DNA of 62,836 nt, filler included, from an uncultured bacterium (lineage in GTDB: Bacteria > DAOPZR01), in the NCBI GenBank assembly GCA_964637655.1. It is 6 parts of 6 records of this genome, joined end to end, with 100 filler letters (N's around TTAATTAATTAA, not from the genome) between each part and the next. Parts side by side here need not be neighbours in the genome. Positions count along the whole stretch, not along the records: positions 1 to 10,514 come from CAZWUZ010000123.1; positions 10,615 to 21,112 come from CAZWUZ010000124.1; 4 more parts are not named here. One strand, 5' to 3'. Numbering within the stretch: the first letter of the stretch is position 1; each line of letters starts with the position of its first letter. Both the position numbers and the translations under genes were made by a program. Of this stretch, positions 9,329 through 18,016 are shown in pieces. Under the pieces are notes generated by a model. That model worked only from the letters and a program-made list of their open reading frames with translations. It had not been told where the DNA came from and made no database searches.

Positions 9329-10514
9329 CTACGCCTTATCGAGCGCCGCGGCGCCCGGCAGCGTCTTCCCCTCGAGAAACTCGATGGAGGCGCCGCCGCC
9401 CGTCGAGACGTGCGACATCTGCTTTTCCAGCTTCAGTTTGCCTACCGCCGACGCCGAATCGCCGCCGCCGATGATGGTGATGGTCCCCTTCGCCGTCGCC
9501 GCGGCCAGCGCCTCGGCCACCGCTTTCGTCCCCGCGGCGAAATCAGCCGCCTCGAAGACGCCCATCGGGCCGTTCCAGACGACCGTGCCGGCCGCCGCGA
9601 TCACGGCGCTGAACGCCGCCACCGACTTCGGCCCGATATCCATCCCCATCAGCCCGTCGGGGATGTCCGCCCCGTCGGTCGGCTGCGGGATGCCGCCGGT
9701 CATGGCGGCAAAATCGAACGTATCGACGCAGACATGGTCGACGGGGAGCAGGATCTTGTCGCCCGCCTCCGCCAGCAGCTTCTTCATCGCGTCGACCTGG
9801 TCCGCCTCGACCCGGCTTTTGCCGACCTTGACGCCCTTCGCCGCGAGCAGCGTATAGGCCATCGCCCCGCCGATGAGAATGCGGTCGACCTTGCCCAGCA
9901 GGTTGGAAATCAGCAGGATCTTGTCCGACACCTTGGCGCCGCCGAGGATGGCGACGTACGGCCGCTTCGGGTTCGTCACCGCCTGCCCGAGAAACTTCAG
10001 TTCCGCCTCCATCAGCAGCCCCGCCACCGCCGGCTTGACCGTTTCGCCGAGCAGCGCCGTCGAGGCGTGGGCGCGGTGCGCCGTGCCGAACGCATCGTTG
10101 ACGTAGCAGTCGCAGAGTTTCGCCAGCTGCGCGACAAACGCCTTCTGCTTCTCCTTCAACTCCGCCTTGGCCGCCTTCTTGACGTCCTCGGGCGCATCCT
10201 TGGGGAGTTTCGGCTTGCCTTCCTCCTCGGGATAGTAGCGTAGGTTCTCCAGCAGCAGCACCTCGCCATCCTTGAGGGCAGCGACCGCCGTTTCCACCTC
10301 GGGGCCGACGCTGTCAGCGACGAACTTCACCTCGCAGCCGAGCACCTCCGACGCCTTCTTTGCCACCGGGGCGAGCGAGAATTCCGGCTTGCGCTGCCCG
10401 TCCGGACGCCCGAGGTGCGAGCCGAGGATGATGCGTGCCCCCTTTTCCCGCAGCAGGGTGATGGTCGGGATGGTGGCGCGGATGCGCTTGTCGCTGGTCA
10501 CCACCCCGTCCTTG
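9329..10514 (-). CDS. pgk: Phosphoglycerate kinase (5' end truncated by contig break)
   Basis: [58 protein letters not shown]. Confidence 0.97.
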
Positions 10515-10614
10515 NNNNNNNNNNNNNNNNNNNNNNNNNNNNNNNNNNNNNNNNNNNNTTAATTAATTAANNNNNNNNNNNNNNNNNNNNNNNNNNNNNN
10601 NNNNNNNNNNNNNN
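10515..10614. other. Artificial contig linker
   Basis: 44 N + TTAATTAATTAA (stops in all frames) + 44 N. Confidence 0.99.
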
Positions 10615-10869
10615 TTCAGCCACACGGGCTGCTTCCGCCACGCGCGCCGCTTCCGCCACGCGTGCCGCTTCCGCTTCGGCCTGTGCCACAGCGGCCACTC
10701 TGAGCGTTTCCGCCTCGACCTGAGCCGCCGCCGCGTTCGTCGTCGCGGCACTACTCATTCCGTCCGCGGTTATCGGACTCGCTGTCGTATCCGCCCGTAC
10801 GGGGACAACCGCAACGAGCCCGACGAGCAGCATCCCGATTCCCAGCATCGACACCAGTTTTACCTGCAT
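10615..10869 (-). CDS. Secreted protein with AEAARV repeats, 3' end truncated
   Basis: Signal peptide MQVKLVSMLGIGMLLVGLVAVVPVRA; 18-bp tandem repeats at the contig end; alternative start 10965 overlaps the GT2 stop. Confidence 0.6.
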
Positions 10870-10961
10870 ACGTCTGTTCTCCCTGTGCTGCTTATGGCCC
10901 GGCATGCTGCTCACCGGACTGTTAGCCATTCGTGCAACTTCGTGCTCCGCCTGAGGCATGG

Positions 10962-13900
10962 TCATACCGCCATCGCCACCGGCTCAGCCGGTCCCTGGCA
11001 GGCCGCGACAAACAGGGCGGCAGTAGGCGCGTAATTCTGCAGCTGCACCCATTCTTCGCGACTGGCGAGCCAGATCCAGTCATGGGGTGAGGCCTGATAG
11101 GCGCGCACCAGTCCGTTCAGTTCGTGCAGGGTCGCAGGCCCGTATTGCTGACCGGCGAGATTGAAATAGCACGGGGTTTCCTCTGCTCCGGGCTCGGCCG
11201 GCAGGATAACATCCGTGGCGGGCGCTGATTCAGCACCCGTCACCTGCTCCTGCATTCTTCCGCCCCGTGCCGCCTGCATGGCCGCGCATTCATTGCGCAG
11301 GCGGGCCATTTCCGACGCGAGCATGGTTTGCGCCGTCGCGGTCTGTTCCTTGCGCAGCACCGCATTTTCCTGGCGCAGGCGGGTCATCTCCGCCGTCAGT
11401 ACCGCCTGTTCCGCGTGCTGTTCCGACAGCGTCAGTGCCGCCCGGGCCAGTTCGTCACGCTGCGCCGCCAGGATAGCCGCCCGTTCCTGCCGGGCCAGCG
11501 CGGCGCCGGCCTGTTCCCGCTGCTCCTGTTCCCGCAGTTCCAGCAGGGTTTGCTCGCGCTGCGCCAGTTCGCCGGCCAGCGCTTCGCTCCGCGCCGTGGC
11601 CTGCGCCAGTTCCTGCTCGCGCTGCGCCAGTTCCTGCAGTTGTTCCTCCGCCAGCACCACCTGCTCCTCACGCCGGCGCGCTTGCGCGACGCGTTCCTCC
11701 TCGGCCGGCTGCGCCCGGGTCACCACCACGCGATTCTGCAGTTCCTGCCGCTCCCCGCGCAGGCGTGCCATTTCCTCATCCAGCGCCGCCCGCTGCTCGG
11801 CATCAGCCGCCATCGCCAGCGTCAGCGCCGTATGTTCCGCCCGCTGCCGTTCCAGTTCCGCAGTCAGCCGCGTCTGCACCACGACCGTCTCTTTCCGCTC
11901 CGTGCCCACCCGGGCCAGTTCCGCCGCCAGCGCCATCTGCTCCGCCGGTTGCGCCACCGTCACCCGCTGCCGCAGCCCGTCCTCCTCCGCCCGCAACCGT
12001 TCCAGCACCGCCGTGAGTTCCGCCTGCTGCCGTCGTGCCGCCGTCATGGTTTCCTGCCATTCCGTCTGTTCCCGGGCGCGCAGTGCCGCCAGTTCATTGG
12101 CCAGGGCGAGTGCCGCCGCTGACCGTTCCGCCTGTTCCCTGACCTGCGCCTCGGCCAGTTCAGCGGCCAGGGCCTCGGCCGCCGCCTGCTGCGCTTCCTG
12201 CTCCTGTGCCCGCAGTGCCGCCAGTGCCTGCTCGCGCTGTTCACGTTCCTGGCGCTGCTGTTCCTGCACCGCGCGCCGTGCCGCGTCAGCCGCCAGTTCC
12301 TGCATCAGCGCCGCGTGCTTGGCCCGCTGCCGGTCGAGTTCCGCCGCCAGACGCGACTGCACCGCAAGCGTGTCTTCCCGCGCGTTGCTCACCCGGGAGA
12401 GTTCCGCCGCGAGTGCGGCCTGCTCCGCCTCCTGCGCATCAATCAGGTAGAGGGTGGTCCCGTTCCTGGTCGCCGCCCCGATGGCGCCGGCCGGCGGGGC
12501 CGGGGCATGCGCATGCGCCGGCTGCTGCCTGGTTTCCTCCGCCAGGGCCTGTTTCAGCATGGCGTGTTCCGCGCGCTGCCGCTGCAGTTCGGCCTGCTGC
12601 GCCGCCACCAGCAGCGCGGCCCGGGCCGCCTCGTCGGTTGCCGGGCTGGTCACCTGCTGCGGCAACCGCGGCTCTGCCGGCACCTCGATCCGCGCCAGTG
12701 GCACTGCTGCTCTCGCCTGTTCCTGCTCCACGTTATCCTCCCGCACCGCGTTACCGTCCGGCTGCTGGTCATGCGCCTGTTCCTGCGCCTGCGCTTCCGC
12801 GAGTTCCTCTTCGCGCTGCACCTTCTCACCGTACACGACCGCACGCCGCGCGGTGTCCTCCGCCTGCATCGCGTAGCGCGCCGCATCATGCGCCAGCGCC
12901 TGCGTCAGCACCGCCTCCTGCGCCTGCCGCCGTTCCGCGTCAGCCGCCACCAGCGCCTGCAGGGCACCCTGTTCCTCGCCGGCCGTCAGCACCCGGTCCA
13001 GTTCCCTGGCGACTTCCTGATACTCGTCCACTGGTGTGGCCGTCAGGCACACCACCTGCACCAGTGCAACTGTTTCCGGCGTCGCCGCCGCCGCCACGAT
13101 GGCGGGCTCCGGCAGCGGGATGGCTGCTGACGGCACCGGCACGACGGTGCGCGGGGCGAACGTGGTGCGCTTCTGCCGCCCCCACTGCTTGTGGCGGAGG
13201 AGCGCGGAGAGCATCCCGCGGATGCGGTAGAAGTTGACCAGCTGGCGATAGCCGAAATTCTCGATAACCGCCAGCAGGAACAGCATCAGCAGATCGCGCC
13301 GCCGCGCGTAGCGGCGGAACGAGATCTCGCCCAGCCCGACGGACGAGAGCGACAGCGATACCCCGAGAAAGAAGGCAACCATGATAAAGGCCACGGCAAA
13401 GAACGGATTGATGATCTGCGCCAGGGCGTACGCCACGAACACGAAATAGCCGCAGAACTCGATTACCGGGCCGAACATTTCGAGCAGGTAGAAATAGGGG
13501 AACGCGAGCATCCCGATTTTGCCGTAGCGGGGATTGAACAGCATGCCGCGATGGCGGGCGAGTGAATCGGTCAGACCGCGCTGCCAGCGGTCGCGCTGGC
13601 GGCCAAGCGTGGCCAGCGTTTCCGGCGCCTGCGTCCACGCCACCGGATCGGGCACAAACCCGATGCGCAGGGGAATCTTCTCCTGCCGGCAATGACGGTG
13701 GAGCCGGATCACCAGTTCCATGTCTTCGCCGACGGTGTCATGCCGGTAGCCGCCGGCCTCGACCACCAGTTGCCGGCGGAAGACCCCGAAGGCACCGGAG
13801 ATGATCAGGGTCGAATCAGCCGCGTCCCAGCCCATGCGCCCGGAGAGGAAGGCGCGCATGTACTCGATCGCCTGGAACCTGGCCAGCCAGCTCCTGGGGA

Positions 13901-14555
13901 GTTTGACCTCGGTAACCACCCCGTCCCTGACCGTGCAGCCGTTGACGATGCGGATGATGCCGCCGACGGCCCCGGTGCGCGTATCTTCGAGGAACGGGCG
14001 GACGATGCGGGGCAGCGCGTCCCGTTCGAGCAGCGTGTCGGCATCCATGGCGGCGAACAGCGGGGTCCGGCAGCAGTTGATCCCGGCGTTGAGCGCGTCG
14101 GCCTTGCCGCCATTCTCCTTGTCGATCACCCACAGTTTCGGGATGGTGCTGCTCCGGTAGATGCCGCGGACGGGCTGCGTGGGAATCATCGCCGTCGGGA
14201 AGCGCACGGCCGGCACGAGCTGATAGGCCAGGCGCAGCCGGGTCAGCGTCTCGTCAGTTGACCCGTCGTTGACCACCATCACTTCCAGTTCGGGATAGGA
14301 GAGGTTGAGGAACGAGCGGATGCTCTCGACGCAGGTATCCTCCTCGTTGAAGGCGGGCGCGATCAGGGTGATGGGCGGTTCGATGCCCGCCGTCACCTGC
14401 GCGGCATCGAGCGCCTTGAGCCGCCGCGTATAATGGAGCATGGCGCGAAAGGCGAAGATGCTGGTGACTAAGTACACGCCGTTGATGGCGATGAAATAGC
14501 CGAGCAGCACCCAGTTGAATATTTCCAGGATGGTCCAGGCGAGCGCGACGCTCAT
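10962..14555 (-). CDS. Processive GT2 glycosyltransferase (PgaC/IcaA/cellulose-synthase-like) with long coiled-coil tail and C-terminal GYF_2-like domain
   Basis: VVNDGSTD, KENGGKADALN, MDAD, GEDME, QRDRW, TM helices; then ~600 aa of A/E/Q/R heptad-rich sequence; ends YFNLAGQQYGP..L...L.......WIW......W; ATGA overlap with the upstream gene. Confidence 0.88.
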   Translation of the reverse strand: MSVALAWTILEIFNWVLLGYFIAINGVYLVTSIFAFRAMLHYTRRLKALDAAQVTAGIEPPITLIAPAFNEEDTCVESIRSFLNLSYPELEVMVVNDGSTDETLTRLRLAYQLVPAVRFPTAMIPTQPVRGIYRSSTIPKLWVIDKENGGKADALNAGINCCRTPLFAAMDADTLLERDALPRIVRPFLEDTRTGAVGGIIRIVNGCTVRDGVVTEVKLPRSWLARFQAIEYMRAFLSGRMGWDAADSTLIISGAFGVFRRQLVVEAGGYRHDTVGEDMELVIRLHRHCRQEKIPLRIGFVPDPVAWTQAPETLATLGRQRDRWQRGLTDSLARHRGMLFNPRYGKIGMLAFPYFYLLEMFGPVIEFCGYFVFVAYALAQIINPFFAVAFIMVAFFLGVSLSLSSVGLGEISFRRYARRRDLLMLFLLAVIENFGYRQLVNFYRIRGMLSALLRHKQWGRQKRTTFAPRTVVPVPSAAIPLPEPAIVAAAATPETVALVQVVCLTATPVDEYQEVARELDRVLTAGEEQGALQALVAADAERRQAQEAVLTQALAHDAARYAMQAEDTARRAVVYGEKVQREEELAEAQAQEQAHDQQPDGNAVREDNVEQEQARAAVPLARIEVPAEPRLPQQVTSPATDEAARAALLVAAQQAELQRQRAEHAMLKQALAEETRQQPAHAHAPAPPAGAIGAATRNGTTLYLIDAQEAEQAALAAELSRVSNAREDTLAVQSRLAAELDRQRAKHAALMQELAADAARRAVQEQQRQEREQREQALAALRAQEQEAQQAAAEALAAELAEAQVREQAERSAAALALANELAALRAREQTEWQETMTAARRQQAELTAVLERLRAEEDGLRQRVTVAQPAEQMALAAELARVGTERKETVVVQTRLTAELERQRAEHTALTLAMAADAEQRAALDEEMARLRGERQELQNRVVVTRAQPAEEERVAQARRREEQVVLAEEQLQELAQREQELAQATARSEALAGELAQREQTLLELREQEQREQAGAALARQERAAILAAQRDELARAALTLSEQHAEQAVLTAEMTRLRQENAVLRKEQTATAQTMLASEMARLRNECAAMQAARGGRMQEQVTGAESAPATDVILPAEPGAEETPCYFNLAGQQYGPATLHELNGLVRAYQASPHDWIWLASREEWVQLQNYAPTAALFVAACQGPAEPVAMAV

Positions 14556-15853
14556 GACGGTATCCTTTCCGTGAGAAACTGGCGGACGAGTTCCGCCCGC
14601 GGATGGGCAGTCGCCACCAGCGCGGTCATGCGCGCGCGACCGCCCGCCAGCACGAGCGCGCCGACGGCCTGGATCGCCACCCAGATCGAGTTGTCGTTCA
14701 GGCAGGCCTCGAGCCGGTCGAGGTCGGCCGGCGCCGCCGGCTTGACCACCGCCCCCAGTGCCGTGGCGGCATGCGAACGCAGGATGGGGTCGGCCGACTC
14801 GAGTTCGGCGCGGATCACGGGCAGGTGGCACGGGAGTCCGACCGCGGTAATCAGCCGCAAGGCCGCCGCCCGCAGATTGACATCATCTTCGCGCCGGGTG
14901 AGCACCGCCGCCGCGGGGTCTGTCGCCCGCCGGTAGTTGCCGGGTGCCAGGAATTCGCGCACGCTGAGCAATGCCGCCGCGGTGTCAGCGCCCGGAAGAT
15001 CACGGAGTTCGATCAGCACCTCGAGCGCGACCAGCCGGGCGAAAACAGGTATTCCCGGATCGGCTATTTTTTCCCGCAGCAGGGGCGCGACCCCGACACC
15101 CATCCCGACAAACATGGTCGCGAGAAATTTCGGGCTCCAGGTTTCGAACCGGGCGATGCGGTCGAACAACGCGGCCGCATGCTCAAGATTATGCGTGCCC
15201 GCCAGTGCCCGGGCGGCAGTCAGCGCCACCAGGGGTGACCGATCGTCAAGCGCGCGGATGAATTTGTCCTGATAGTGATCAGCCGCAAACAGGCCGAAGG
15301 TGTGGAGCGACCGCGCCCGCTGCTCGTAATCCTTCGCGGTAAGCCGTTGTTCCAGCAGGGGGAGATACGGCGCGGCCAGGGCGTTGATAATCCGCAGCTC
15401 TTTGCCGGCCACCCGGCTGGCGTAATGGGTAAGGTAGTCGAGAAAAAAGAGCCGGTCATGGGCCCCGATCTGGTCGAGCAGCGAGGTTGGGGTGGTTTCC
15501 CCGGCAAGGACCGCAAGCAGCAGCGGCTGCCACACCTTTTCCAGTTTCGCCCAGCGCTCTGCTTTCCGCGTATTACCGATACGCAACCTGATGGTAACCA
15601 GCGCGAAGATGACCGTGAACACCAGCGAGACCAGCACCGTCAGGATGAGCAGGAAAAACACCCGTTCGGACGTGCTCAGCCCGAGGAACCAGGCGAGCAG
15701 CTGCCCATCCATGATATGAAACCGCAGCCCGGCCACTTCGTGCAGCACCTGCCCGACCGTCGCGACGAAGCCCTCCGGGCCAGCGGCCTGCGCGTTTCCG
15801 GCCGGCCAGCCGGTCAACACAGCGATGATGATGGTCAATAACAGAATTTTCAT
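14552..15853 (-). CDS. Membrane-anchored HEAT-repeat protein
   Basis: N-terminal signal/TM segments; HEAT-like repeats (ALDDRSPLVALTAARALA, LESADPILRSHAATALG, LNDNSIWVAIQAVGALV); coupled to the GT2 gene. Confidence 0.82.
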   Translation of the reverse strand: MKILLLTIIIAVLTGWPAGNAQAAGPEGFVATVGQVLHEVAGLRFHIMDGQLLAWFLGLSTSERVFFLLILTVLVSLVFTVIFALVTIRLRIGNTRKAERWAKLEKVWQPLLLAVLAGETTPTSLLDQIGAHDRLFFLDYLTHYASRVAGKELRIINALAAPYLPLLEQRLTAKDYEQRARSLHTFGLFAADHYQDKFIRALDDRSPLVALTAARALAGTHNLEHAAALFDRIARFETWSPKFLATMFVGMGVGVAPLLREKIADPGIPVFARLVALEVLIELRDLPGADTAAALLSVREFLAPGNYRRATDPAAAVLTRREDDVNLRAAALRLITAVGLPCHLPVIRAELESADPILRSHAATALGAVVKPAAPADLDRLEACLNDNSIWVAIQAVGALVLAGGRARMTALVATAHPRAELVRQFLTERIPS

Positions 15854-16056
15854 GGTGCCCTTCTCGCATGCCGGATTTTATTCCGTGCCGTCTCTACGCA
15901 GACAAGTATACCCGCGGTCAGCTCCGTCGCACATTGGCAATTGCCGCTTTCCTTTGACCTTTGTCCGCATGATCCGCCACCACGCCGGTCGCGCCTGACA
16001 GACGGAGAAAGCCGTTGCCCCGGCCGGCAAGGCGGGCGGGCGATGGTCGTCTGCGC

Positions 16057-17034
16057 TTAGCGTGACGTGCGGACCAGCACCAGCGCACGCGCCTTGTCCG
16101 GCGTGGCGCCGTCGAGCAGGTGCCGGATGGTGGCGAACTGCTCCGGTCCGCGTTCATGCTGCCAGACGAACGCCTGGCCGCCGGTACGCCAGGCCAGGTC
16201 CTGCAGCGTCTGCCGCCCGGACCCGGTGGCCGGGCGGAGGGCGACGGTAATCAGCGTAACCCCGTTGGCGTTCGCCGCTGCGACTGCCTGCCCGATGGTG
16301 GTGGTGTCGGCGGGAATCCCGCCTGTCGCCGTATTCGCGGCATTACCGTCACTGAAAATGATGAGATACCGCGGCCTGAGTTGTGACGCCATGTGTCCGG
16401 AGCAGGACCGGGCAATCGCGGCGAAGAGCGGCAAGCCGCTTGCGCGGGAGAGGCGGCGATCATGGTACCGTTGGTTCGGCTCGGTCTGGCTGAGATACTG
16501 ATGCACCGCCGCGCGCAGGTCGTCCGGGTTGGTGCTGTTGTTGATGTCCATGAGCAGCACCGCCGCGGTAAACGACGGCGCCGGCACAACCCCGACCGCG
16601 CGGCCCGCGTCCGGCGCGGCCTGTTCCATCAGCGACACTACCACCCGCCGGTTCATGGCGCGGTTGTCTTTGCCGCTGTTCGGGTACCATGGTTGCTCCT
16701 CGCCACGGCTGAAGCCGGTCAGCCGCTCCCGGGCGATGCCTTCGCTGACGGTCAGGTAGCTGATGGCCTGGTCAGCCCGCCGGCGCGCCAGAACCTGATT
16801 GTACTCGTGCGACCCCAGGTCGCAGGTGTGGCCGACCAGCTGGAGCATCAGTCCGGGCTCGGCGCGGAGCAGTTCCGCCACCTCGTGCAGCACCCGCTGC
16901 GCGGCCGGGAGGAGTTCCGCCCGGTCGATGGTGAAATAGATGCGGCGGACGTCCTGCGGTTCAGCCGCGTGCGCACTCCCGAGCAGCATACCGAACAATA
17001 TCACGGTGATCATTCCCCACTGCCGCATGCGCAT
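16057..17034 (-). CDS. OmpA-family peptidoglycan-binding domain protein with C-terminal vWA-like domain
   Basis: Signal peptide; IYF, GHTCDLGSHEYNQVLARRRA, RGEEQP, NRRV; C-terminal LLMDINNS / IIFSDG / LAWRTGG. Confidence 0.8.
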   Translation of the reverse strand: MRMRQWGMITVILFGMLLGSAHAAEPQDVRRIYFTIDRAELLPAAQRVLHEVAELLRAEPGLMLQLVGHTCDLGSHEYNQVLARRRADQAISYLTVSEGIARERLTGFSRGEEQPWYPNSGKDNRAMNRRVVVSLMEQAAPDAGRAVGVVPAPSFTAAVLLMDINNSTNPDDLRAAVHQYLSQTEPNQRYHDRRLSRASGLPLFAAIARSCSGHMASQLRPRYLIIFSDGNAANTATGGIPADTTTIGQAVAAANANGVTLITVALRPATGSGRQTLQDLAWRTGGQAFVWQHERGPEQFATIRHLLDGATPDKARALVLVRTSR

Positions 17035-17239
17035 AATCGCCGCTCCTTGCCGGCCGGTGCCGGTCGGTTTTATTACGGGAAACCATTTCCTTTCCCGCCG
17101 CCACCTGCGGGCGAGGGTGAATAGTTCCCATTACCGAATCATTGTACCCCTGACAGAAGCAGCCGGCCATGGGCTGTTTCCGCTATTTCCTGACTGCTAT
17201 CCGCAGTCCCGATCCGGCCGGCGGTGAAACCGGGTGCCG

Positions 17240-17665
17240 TCACGCGGACGCCGGCGCGGTGGTTTTCGCCGGCGCGGTTTCCGCCGGATGAATGCCGGCA
17301 AGCCGTTCGATCCTCGCCATAAGTTCAGCCGGCGCAAAGGGCTTTTTCAGAAAGTCGTCCATCCCGCAGGCGCTGGCCATCTGCCGCGCATCACCATCAT
17401 GGGCAAACCCCGAGATGCCGATCAGCGGGATGGTCGCGGTGCCCTGGAAGAGACGCAGATACCAGGCCACCTGCTGACCGCTGCAGTTCTCCATTTTGAG
17501 ATCGAGCACGACCACGTCGGGTTTCACCCGCTGCATGTCGTTGAACGCGGACACGCCGTCAACAAAGGTGGCAACCTCGTAGCCCGCATGCTGCAGCAGG
17601 GCCGCCAGTTCTTCCCCGAATTCCCGATCATCATCAACCAGCATCACTTTGATCGCCACGAGCAT
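17240..17665 (-). CDS. Single-domain response regulator (receiver)
   Basis: VMLVDDD, PDVVVLDLKM, ISG, FLKKPF. Confidence 0.88.
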   Translation of the reverse strand: MLVAIKVMLVDDDREFGEELAALLQHAGYEVATFVDGVSAFNDMQRVKPDVVVLDLKMENCSGQQVAWYLRLFQGTATIPLIGISGFAHDGDARQMASACGMDDFLKKPFAPAELMARIERLAGIHPAETAPAKTTAPASA

Positions 17666-17743
17666 CTCTCCTTGCTGCCGGTGCGCCTGCCGCCGCTGCG
17701 GCCCGGTCCGCCTGCGTCCATTGTACCCGCCGGCCGGGCCGGT

Positions 17744-17870
17744 GCCCATTGGCGGCAAGCGCATTTGTCTGTCCGTTATGCGCATCAGGTGGCGCGGCGG
17801 CAGCCGTGACACCGGCCCCGGCCGGCCACTGCGGATAATGGTCAGACAAATGCGCTTGCCGCCAATGGGC
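17744..17870. repeat. 28-bp perfect inverted repeat (extends imperfectly to 41 bp) in a divergent promoter region
   Basis: GCCCATTGGCGGCAAGCGCATTTGTCTG at 17744-17771 and its exact reverse complement at 17843-17870. Confidence 0.95.
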
Positions 17871-18016
17871 GGATCCCCGTCAGGCGGGTATACTCTGAAC
17901 AGCGGGGACGATCATCCCCCGCTGGACAGGCGCTGCACACCGGCTGCGGCCGGAGAGGGTCCGGGAGTGGCGATGAAAAACCGTATGGGTATAGGTACCG
18001 GTCAGGCCGGCCGACA

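Noticed and set aside
4709-10243. Long plus-strand ORFs (655, 543 and 612 aa) opposite the glycolytic operon
   Set aside because: Antisense shadows typical of high-GC coding DNA; no motifs, and the minus-strand genes are clearly real. The same applies to most other overlapping ORFs in the track.
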